43,438 nucleotides of DNA from Patescibacteria group bacterium. Its GTDB lineage: Bacteria > Patescibacteriota > Patescibacteriia > 2-12-FULL-57-11. Every line of letters begins with the position of its first letter. Position 1 is the first letter of the stretch. This document shows positions 18,718-25,814 of the stretch, piece after piece. The stretch covers positions 143,156 through 186,593 of the forward strand of contig SCUL01000002.1 of NCBI GenBank assembly GCA_004297205.1. The letters run 5' to 3'. The translations under genes and the position numbers were made by a program. The notes beneath the pieces were generated by a model. That model did not search any database and was not told the origin of the DNA. It saw nothing but the letters and a program-made list of their open reading frames with translations.

Positions 18718-20333
18718 GAGACGACCCGCCCCCCGAAGGCATCGAGCACGTTCTTGATGACCGGATCCTCCATGGAGACGGAGACAACCTCGCTGGCCGG
18801 GTTCTGCAATCCTTCCACGACCAGGCCCTCGATGCAGACCTTGCAGCCGAAGATTTTCTCGCAGGCGTCCTCCACGGTGCGGCGGTTCTTGTGGTCATTC
18901 AGCCGGTCGCGGTGGAAGGCGAAGGGTACGCCGATGATCAGCTTCTCCGCCTCGATGGCTTCCGGCTTGCTGCCGTTCAGCACATAGGAAAGCGAGTGGC
19001 TGACTTCTCCAGCAGCGACGATCAACTGTTGCCACTTCTCGCGGAAGGCCTCGAGCGGGAGCGTGATGGCGGACGGGGACGACACCCCCTCTCCCGCCTG
19101 CGGCGGGACGAGTGGCTCGCCCTTCGCAAGGGGGAGAATGTTCTCGGGCGCGCCGAAGCTAGCCTCCGCGGGTGCTTTTTTTACGGGTGGCGGTGCAACC
19201 GGTTTCGGCGCAACCGGCGCCGGCATCGACACGGTCGGTGCAGCGGCAGGTGGCGGCGCCAGCAGCGTGGCCACGACGATTTCAAGCGGCAGCGGCGAAC
19301 CGTCGCCGCGCTTCACGCGCTCCTGCGCGGTCATGATCGTTTCAATGGCGGCGAGCAAACGCGGCGTGCCCCAGCCGGCAAGCGGACCGGAGACGAGCGC
19401 CGCGCCGGGTTCGTCGAGCTCGCTGAGGCCGGACGTCTCCCCCATCGCCGCGAGCAGACCGAGACGCAACAGCCGCTGCGTGTCTTCCAGGAAGCGCGCG
19501 AAGTCCACGCCGTCGGCAACGAGTTTGTCGATCAGCTGCAACGCATCGCCGCCCCGGCCGCGGTGGATGACGTCCAAAAACTGCCGCGCCAAGTCGAGAT
19601 CGGAATGCGGCAGCACCAGCGCGGCTTCGTCGCGCGTGACGCGCTTTTCCCCGAGCGCCAGGATCTGGCCGAGCATCGACTCGGCATCGCGCAAGGAACC
19701 GCCGGCAGCCCGGGCAATGTCCTTGAGCACCTCGGTGTCCACGTCGACTTCTTCTTTGGAGGCGAGCGTCGCCAGGCGCTTCACCAAATCGGGTACGCCG
19801 ATCTTCCGGAAGTCGAAACGCTGGCAGCGGGAGAGGATGGTGGCCGGGACTTTATGCGTCTCCGTGGTCGCCAGGATGAAAATGGCGTGGGCCGGCGGCT
19901 CCTCCAGCGTCTTCAAGAGCGCATTGAAGGCCGCCGTCGAAAGCATGTGGACTTCGTCGATGATGAACACCTTGTACTTCAGCCGGGCCGGGGTGAAGCG
20001 CACGCTCTCGATGATGTTCTCGCGCACCGCATCCACGCCGGTGTGGGAGGCGGCGTCGATCTCCAGGATGTCCACGGCCTTGTTGTCCTGGATCGACAAG
20101 CAGGCCTCGCAGGCCAGGCAGGGTTCGTTCCCTTTGCGGTCCGTGCAGTTGATGACCTTGGCGAAGATGCGGGCCGTGGTGGTCTTGCCGATCCCGCGGG
20201 GGCCGGCAAACAGGTAGGCATGGGCGATCTTGCCCGCGCCGATTTCGTTCTGGAGGGTGACGCGGACGTGGACCTGGTCCGTGAGGTCCCCGAAGGTCTG
20301 CGGCCGGTATTTGCGGTACAGCGCCAAGCCCAT
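18714..20333 (-). CDS. dnaX: DNA polymerase III subunit gamma/tau
   Basis: ALYRKYRPQTF, GPRGIGKTT, Zn motif C...PCLACEAC, EIDAAS, IIDEVHML, AFNALLKTLEEPP, SRC motif, GGSLRDA. Confidence 0.97.
   Translation of the reverse strand: MGLALYRKYRPQTFGDLTDQVHVRVTLQNEIGAGKIAHAYLFAGPRGIGKTTTARIFAKVINCTDRKGNEPCLACEACLSIQDNKAVDILEIDAASHTGVDAVRENIIESVRFTPARLKYKVFIIDEVHMLSTAAFNALLKTLEEPPAHAIFILATTETHKVPATILSRCQRFDFRKIGVPDLVKRLATLASKEEVDVDTEVLKDIARAAGGSLRDAESMLGQILALGEKRVTRDEAALVLPHSDLDLARQFLDVIHRGRGGDALQLIDKLVADGVDFARFLEDTQRLLRLGLLAAMGETSGLSELDEPGAALVSGPLAGWGTPRLLAAIETIMTAQERVKRGDGSPLPLEIVVATLLAPPPAAAPTVSMPAPVAPKPVAPPPVKKAPAEASFGAPENILPLAKGEPLVPPQAGEGVSSPSAITLPLEAFREKWQQLIVAAGEVSHSLSYVLNGSKPEAIEAEKLIIGVPFAFHRDRLNDHKNRRTVEDACEKIFGCKVCIEGLVVEGLQNPASEVVSVSMEDPVIKNVLDAFGGRVVS
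19084..19136. repeat. Nested palindromic repeat inserted in frame in the dnaX linker
   Basis: ctcgcccttcgcaagggggag hairpin plus tcccgcctgcggcggga hairpin; encodes LPLAKGEPLVPPQAGEGV. Confidence 0.65.
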
Positions 20334-20379
20334 AGCGCCCGGATTTTACGGCCCGGGATCAACGAGCGCAAGGGCCAAA

Positions 20380-20501
20380 TGACTGCAAATTTTTGATGCA
20401 GCGCAAGGCGCGGGGAAAGCGAGGCGCGAGCCGTACCGATCCCGTACGGTGAGCGACGAGCGGGGCCCCGCAACGCAGCGATGCGCGAAAATCTGCAGTC
20501 A
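20380..20501. repeat. 122-bp MITE/REPIN-like element with 14-bp terminal inverted repeats
   Basis: tgactgcaaatttt ... aaaatctgcagtca (13/14 match); internal hairpin ccgtac/gtacgg; upstream gene's TGA lies in the TIR. Confidence 0.75.
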
Positions 20502-21050
20502 GGCTTTGATCACATGGTCCACGGCCGCCCACTTGGAGGACGTGCCCTGCGGCACCACGATCATGACCTCGTCCCCGGCCTCGCCGCGGAAATAGGTGAT
20601 GCTGGCGGTGATGACGTTCCACTTGTGGTCGTTGGCCACGACCGCGAACAGCCGGCTGGTGGGGTCCTGGACCAGTTTGCCGACCAGGCGTTCGCGCGGC
20701 GCCGGGCCGATCTGCTTGAACAGGAACTGGCCGCTCGGCGAAATCGTGACCTTGAGCCGGTCCCCTTCTACGAGTTTCGACTTGGAAGCGTAGTTGGGCG
20801 GCACGTGGTACTGCTTGCCGTCGTCGCCGACCATGTGTTGGCCGTCGAAGACGCCTTCGACGACGCGTCCGCCGTTTTCCGCAGCCGGCACGGCCGCGCG
20901 CAGCTCGCTCATCAGCTGGTCGACCTGTTCCGGCTTCATCGGTTCGGATTCCTCGAGCAGCCGCAGCACGTTGCCGACCGCTTCGTGGACCGATTTCAGG
21001 ACTTTGCGGGCGACGGTGATTTTTTGGTTTTCGTTTTTTTCGGTATCCAT
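20499..21050 (-). CDS. Conserved hypothetical protein (183 aa)
   Basis: EGVFDGQHMVGDDGKQYHVPPNYASKSKLVEGD is recognisable as a recurrent CPR-type family; function unknown. Confidence 0.85.
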   Translation of the reverse strand: MDTEKNENQKITVARKVLKSVHEAVGNVLRLLEESEPMKPEQVDQLMSELRAAVPAAENGGRVVEGVFDGQHMVGDDGKQYHVPPNYASKSKLVEGDRLKVTISPSGQFLFKQIGPAPRERLVGKLVQDPTSRLFAVVANDHKWNVITASITYFRGEAGDEVMIVVPQGTSSKWAAVDHVIKA

Positions 21051-21056
21051 AGTTTT

Positions 21057-21584
21057 TTATGCACGCACGTTTTTGTATTCGTTGAACTCTTGGAGGAAGG
21101 CTTTCATTTCGTCGCGGATGGCTTGGGCGCGCTCGCGGCCGTGACGCTCCATCAGCGTGCGGCGCCGTTCGCTGCGGACGAAATCCATGCCGCGTACCTG
21201 CGCGGCGAGCCGGCGCGCGCAGGCGGCCAACGGATCGCCTTCCGCCCGCAGCTCCCCGACCGTCATGACCCGGCCCTGGTCGTTGCGCGGACCGTCCGTG
21301 TAGAGCGCGATGACGATGCCGGGACGCAGCGCGGGCAGGGATACCTCGAAGGCGTAGCGCGCCGGAAGCGCGTCGGCCCCGTTCGCGCGCACCAGTTCGG
21401 CCAGGCGGGGCACTTCGATGCGCCGCACCAGCTCCGCCGATTCGCGCGCCGCCTGCAGCATCTCGCGCTGCAGTTCGTCGCGCCGGTCGGGATCGGCGGT
21501 GTTCTTGTACTCGTCCTGGAACAGGCCGATGCGCGTGCGGACGTGCTCATGCTCGCCGCGGAGAAGGCGGGGGTCGAGTTCCAT
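21057..21584 (-). CDS. Hypothetical protein (175 aa)
   Basis: Tightly packed between neighbours in the same orientation (1-6 nt gaps). Confidence 0.7.
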   Translation of the reverse strand: MELDPRLLRGEHEHVRTRIGLFQDEYKNTADPDRRDELQREMLQAARESAELVRRIEVPRLAELVRANGADALPARYAFEVSLPALRPGIVIALYTDGPRNDQGRVMTVGELRAEGDPLAACARRLAAQVRGMDFVRSERRRTLMERHGRERAQAIRDEMKAFLQEFNEYKNVRA

Positions 21585-21585
21585 A

Positions 21586-24132
21586 TTACACGGAGCGTTC
21601 GCGGAGCGGCGGCGTCGGCGCCGACGCGCCGAGCTGGGTGCGTTCCAGGATGTCGGCCTCGACGCGGGCCCGGTCCTTGCCGTGCTTGAAGCGCGAGAGT
21701 TCCTTGATGGCCGCGGCCAGCTCCGGATTGCCTTTGCGCGGCGGCAGCGTCCCCATGTTGAACGGTTTGGAGGCGGTGTTGTCGATCAGGAGCTTCACAT
21801 AGGCCGTGTACTGCTCCACGTTGATCAGGTCGTAGGCGTTGAAGGTCGGCGCAAACTCCTTCTCCAGCATCTCGGCGTCCTCGATGCCGATGCGGAACAG
21901 CATCATCGTGCCGACGTTGCCGATCACGGCGTCACGGATCTTAGTGTCGTTGTTCTGCACCAGCTGGCCCATGTATTGGTGGGCGATGATGAGGTTGAGC
22001 CGGTACTTGCGGGCCTCGGACAGGATGGTGGCGATCGAGTCGGTGATGAAGTTCTGGAATTCGTCGATGTACAGGTAAAAGTCGTGCCGCTGGTCTTCCG
22101 GCAGGTCGGCGCGGGACAGCGCCGCCATCTGCAACTTGGAGACGATGATGAGGCCGAGCAGGTTGGCGTTGACCTCGCCGGTTTTGCCCTTGGATAGGTT
22201 CACGAGCAGCACCTTCTTCTTGTCCATGGCCTCGCGGATGCTGAAACCGGAGAGGCGCTGGCCGATGATGTTGCGCATCATGGTGTTTTCCACGAAGCGG
22301 CCGACTTTGGAAATCAGGTAGCCGAGCATTTCCGACTTGTGAAAGTCGGAGGTCTTGGCCATTTCCTTTTCCCAGAAGGCGCGGACCACCGGGTCCGTGA
22401 CCTTGGCAACCCATTGCTTCTGGAAATCCGCATCCGAGAACATGCGCGGGATCTCCGCGATGGTGCCGGACTCCTCGGCGTCGGCCATGAGGGTCAGCAT
22501 GACGTTGCGCATGTTGTGCTCGAACATCGGGCCGATCATCTCCGGCGGGAACAACTTGTAGAAGATGGCGATCATCTCCTGGACGGCGAAGTCCTTCTGC
22601 TCCTCGCTCTCGACTTCCAGCATGTTCAAACCGATCGGCCGGTCCAGGTCGGACGGGTCGAAGACGATGACGTCGTCGATGCGGTTCTCCGGCATCTGCT
22701 CGAGGATGTGCTCCACCAAGTCGCCGTGCGGGTCCACCACGCAGACGCCGTCGCCGTTGGCGATGTCCTGCAGCGCCATGTTTTCGATCAACACCGACTT
22801 ACCGGAGCCGGACTTACCGATGATGTACACGTGGCGGCGGCGGTCCGGCTTCTTGATGCGCACCAGCGTGTCCTCACCGCGGTAATTCACCGCGCCGAGC
22901 ACGATGCCCTCCGCGGGCATGTTGGAGGGCGGCGGCGCCTTCCTTGCCGTCAGCCAGCGGATGTTCGGCGTCTCCGTCGAGGGCAGCGGGAAGTGGTAGA
23001 GCGAGGCCATTTCGTGCGCGGCCAGCACGAAGGAGTGCTTCTCCCGGAAGCTGCGGAAGATGAAGTCGCGCAGGAAGGCGGCGCGGTTGCCCGGCGCGCC
23101 TTTCACGAAGCTGTTCCCGTACTCGTAGAGGTTGTACTGGCCGAAGGTGTCCGTGATGTTGGCGAGAATGCCCTGGGCCCGCACCGGATCCTTGGCCGAG
23201 GCCACGACGCGCACGATGACGTCCAGCCCGGCCTTGGAGCTCTTCTCCTGCACGGCCTTCTGCATCTCCTGCTCGAGCGGCGAGAGCGTCCGGTGCTCCG
23301 GCGTTTCCCCCGGTTTGGCCGTTTTCTTGGCGCCGGAACCGAACAAGGAACCCATCAGCGAGGTCGAAGCAACGGCCTCGCTCGCGGATTTGCCGCGGTT
23401 CATTTCATTGGCCACGCGCACCCCCTTGCGGCGCCATTCCCCGCGCGCCGAGCGCACCACGAACTGCACGGCCGCGCCTTCGCCCTTCACCACTTTGGAG
23501 AGCGCGTTGGTGATGGCATCGACCGGATCGGCTTCGATCTGACGGTAGGTTTTGAGCGGATAGAGATGGTGGCGCTTCAGCTTCAGGAAACCGCCGACCG
23601 TGGCGCCCTGCGGCACGAAGATGTTGTAGTCGTCGACGTCCTCGATCTGGGCGTTGGCATGCAGCGTCTGGATCTGCTGCACGAGGTACTGGGCGTAGCG
23701 CTTGGGCGTGGCCACGTAAAACTCCACCAGACCGTCGCGGGCAACGATCTCGAACGCGAAGTGGTCCTTGCGGCCGCGCAGCCAGGCCGTCAACCCGCGT
23801 TCGGCGCGCAAACCGCCAAGCGTCGAGAACAGCGTCTCGGCCACGGAAATGTCTTCCTGGATTTCCTGCAGCGACTTGGTGCGCTCCTGCTCCCCTTTCT
23901 TCTCCGCCGATTCCTTGGGCAACGTCACCAGCATCACCGCCATGTCGAACCCGTGGCGGGCGCGGAAGGAGCCGTGCAGCACGGCGCGCAGCACCGCAAA
24001 AAACAGGCCGAGCCCGAAGAGCGCGGCGACGCCCGCGACCACCGCGAGGATGATCGGATCATTCAAGAACCCGCCGGCGTCCACGACGACCGGGGCGGAC
24101 TCGGTGACGTCCAGGGTGAGCTGGAGCAGCAT
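21586..24132 (-). CDS. Membrane-anchored VirD4/TraD/HerA-like P-loop ATPase
   Basis: N-terminal TM helix; RRRHVYIIGKSGSGKS (Walker A), VVDPHGDL, LYIDEFQNF (Walker B), LSEARKYRLNLIIAHQY, GNVGT. Confidence 0.9.
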   Translation of the reverse strand: MLLQLTLDVTESAPVVVDAGGFLNDPIILAVVAGVAALFGLGLFFAVLRAVLHGSFRARHGFDMAVMLVTLPKESAEKKGEQERTKSLQEIQEDISVAETLFSTLGGLRAERGLTAWLRGRKDHFAFEIVARDGLVEFYVATPKRYAQYLVQQIQTLHANAQIEDVDDYNIFVPQGATVGGFLKLKRHHLYPLKTYRQIEADPVDAITNALSKVVKGEGAAVQFVVRSARGEWRRKGVRVANEMNRGKSASEAVASTSLMGSLFGSGAKKTAKPGETPEHRTLSPLEQEMQKAVQEKSSKAGLDVIVRVVASAKDPVRAQGILANITDTFGQYNLYEYGNSFVKGAPGNRAAFLRDFIFRSFREKHSFVLAAHEMASLYHFPLPSTETPNIRWLTARKAPPPSNMPAEGIVLGAVNYRGEDTLVRIKKPDRRRHVYIIGKSGSGKSVLIENMALQDIANGDGVCVVDPHGDLVEHILEQMPENRIDDVIVFDPSDLDRPIGLNMLEVESEEQKDFAVQEMIAIFYKLFPPEMIGPMFEHNMRNVMLTLMADAEESGTIAEIPRMFSDADFQKQWVAKVTDPVVRAFWEKEMAKTSDFHKSEMLGYLISKVGRFVENTMMRNIIGQRLSGFSIREAMDKKKVLLVNLSKGKTGEVNANLLGLIIVSKLQMAALSRADLPEDQRHDFYLYIDEFQNFITDSIATILSEARKYRLNLIIAHQYMGQLVQNNDTKIRDAVIGNVGTMMLFRIGIEDAEMLEKEFAPTFNAYDLINVEQYTAYVKLLIDNTASKPFNMGTLPPRKGNPELAAAIKELSRFKHGKDRARVEADILERTQLGASAPTPPLRERSV

Positions 24133-24134
24133 AC

Positions 24135-24635
24135 TTATTGGCGCTTTTGTTTTTCCGCGAGGCGGATAATGCGGTCGGTTTTGATCTTGGCTTCCTGTTC
24201 CACGAAGAAGCGGGAAACGCCGGGGATGACGCGCAGCCAGTCGCGCAGCAGCTTCCAGACGTCTTTGAGCTTGAGGTGCCCGCGGGAGAGCATCTGCCGG
24301 ATGCGGCCGGCGGCGATTTCACCCTTGGCGCGGAACTTCTGTTTGGCGGCCGGCGGCAGACCGGCGTAGGTCTCGGCCAGACCGGCCTCGAGGACGCGCT
24401 CCACGTCGGCCAGGACCGGATCCTTGCGCGGCGGCGCGGTCACGACCGGGGTCGGCGCGGCTTGGACGCGTTCCTGCTCGACGGTGGCGTTCTCGGCGGC
24501 CTGTTCGGCGATGTCGGCGCCCGTTTCCGGCGCTGCGGCGTGTTCCGGCGACGTTTCGGGCGCAGCAATCTCGCCGACGGTCTCAGGAACCGGCGGGCGC
24601 GTTTCCGGACGCATCGCTCCTCCCAGATCAGCCAT
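24135..24635 (-). CDS. Hypothetical protein (166 aa)
   Basis: Low-complexity N-terminus, conserved-looking C-terminus WLRVIPGVSRFFVEQEAKIKTD; first gene of the ATPase operon. Confidence 0.8.
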   Translation of the reverse strand: MADLGGAMRPETRPPVPETVGEIAAPETSPEHAAAPETGADIAEQAAENATVEQERVQAAPTPVVTAPPRKDPVLADVERVLEAGLAETYAGLPPAAKQKFRAKGEIAAGRIRQMLSRGHLKLKDVWKLLRDWLRVIPGVSRFFVEQEAKIKTDRIIRLAEKQKRQ

Positions 24636-24641
24636 GCGTCA

Positions 24642-24663
24642 AGTATACCACTCATGATATACT
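24642..24663. promoter_or_regulatory. Back-to-back extended -10 promoters (TGnTATACT on both strands)
   Basis: Minus TG-G-TATACT 6 nt before ATG 24635; plus TG-A-TATACT 9 nt before ATG 24673; no SD on either side. Confidence 0.65.
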
Positions 24664-24672
24664 CGTTCCATC

Positions 24673-25605
24673 ATGGCCAAGGAGGGACGTTCCATCACTG
24701 AAATCAGCCAGGGGCGCGCCGTCTGGATGCACCTGTCGGCCACGGGACCGAAGGAGCTCGACGTGCTGCGCCGGCGTTTTCGGTTTCCCGAGGCCGACCT
24801 GCGCGACATTCCCCCGCCGACCCAGCGCCCCAAGGCCGCCCTGCGGGATGCCTACACCTTCGTCATCCTGCTGTTCCCGACCTTCGACCGCGCCAAAAGG
24901 GAAATCCAGATCACCGAGGCCGACTTCTTCATCGGCAAGGATTACCTGGTGACGGTCAACCAAGGCAACCGCATCCGGGCGATGACGGAACTCGTGGGCC
25001 GCTGTTCCCGCGATGCCGGGGAACGCCGCGCCTGCATGTCCGGCTCGCCGGTGCAGCTCTTCACGCTCCTGCTGGATCAGATGCTCGGGAGCGTCTTCCC
25101 GATGCTCGTCCATATCGGCGAAGACATCGACAACCTGGAGGGCGACTTGTTCGACGCGCAGAACACGCGGCTCATCCACGACATCCTGCGCGTGAAGAGC
25201 AACGTCACCAACTGCCGCCGCGCCATGATGGCCTACAAGCACATCATCGAGCGCGTGCACCTGCACGGCTCGCCGGCCGGCAAAATCCCGGAACTGGAAT
25301 ACCACCGGCTCTTGGACATGACCAAGGAGGTCTGGAACCTGCTGGAAAGCCACAAAGAAACGCTCGACGCCCTGCAGGAGACCAACATCTCGCTCATCAG
25401 CATGCGCACCAACGAAATCATGCGCACGCTGACGGTCTTCTCCGTCATCCTGCTGCCGCTCTCCTTGATCGTCGGCGTCTTCGGCATGAACGTGGAGTAT
25501 CCGGGCGTCATCGGCGGGCCGTACGGTTTTTTCTTCATCGTTGCCACGATCGGCGCGATTGCCGTCGGACTCGTGGCGTTTTTCCGGAAGCAACGCTGGT
25601 TCTAG
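24673..25605 (+). CDS. corA: CorA-family Mg2+/Co2+ transporter
   Basis: NEIMRTLTVFS...PLSLIVGVFGMN signature and two C-terminal TM helices. Confidence 0.93.
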   Translation: MAKEGRSITEISQGRAVWMHLSATGPKELDVLRRRFRFPEADLRDIPPPTQRPKAALRDAYTFVILLFPTFDRAKREIQITEADFFIGKDYLVTVNQGNRIRAMTELVGRCSRDAGERRACMSGSPVQLFTLLLDQMLGSVFPMLVHIGEDIDNLEGDLFDAQNTRLIHDILRVKSNVTNCRRAMMAYKHIIERVHLHGSPAGKIPELEYHRLLDMTKEVWNLLESHKETLDALQETNISLISMRTNEIMRTLTVFSVILLPLSLIVGVFGMNVEYPGVIGGPYGFFFIVATIGAIAVGLVAFFRKQRWF

Positions 25606-25608
25606 GCG

Positions 25609-25767
25609 CTCGGCGGGTCGGCAGCGTCTCTCCGCGTTCTCCATAGGTGCTGCCGGGTCGCGTCCGGCTTCCGCTAGACACTGGGGGCGGACGCTCGACC
25701 GCATCGGCAGCCCCGCTCACGCGGGATGTTGAATGCGTCGATCGCGCTGCCACCCCGCCTCGCTACG
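25609..25767. repeat. Structured intergenic element (multi-hairpin)
   Basis: Stems cggcagc/gctgccg, cgtccg/cggacg, cccgc/gcggg; begins ctcggcgg and ends cgcctcgctacg, like 38320-38463. Confidence 0.45.
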
Positions 25768-25782
25768 TGTGATAAACAAAAG

Positions 25783-25802
25783 CGCCGCCCGAGAGGGCGG
25801 CG
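25783..25802 (-). terminator. Intrinsic terminator of the surface-protein gene
   Basis: cgccgccc-N4-gggcggcg followed by cttttgttt on the minus strand. Confidence 0.7.
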
Positions 25803-25814
25803 TTCGTCATTTCT

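Noticed and set aside
20499-21050. Ribosomal protein L7/L12 label that I recall being attached to this family
   Set aside because: Sequence shows no L7/L12 features; left as hypothetical.
22339-24369. 676-aa plus-strand ORF
   Set aside because: Shadow of the VirD4-like ATPase.
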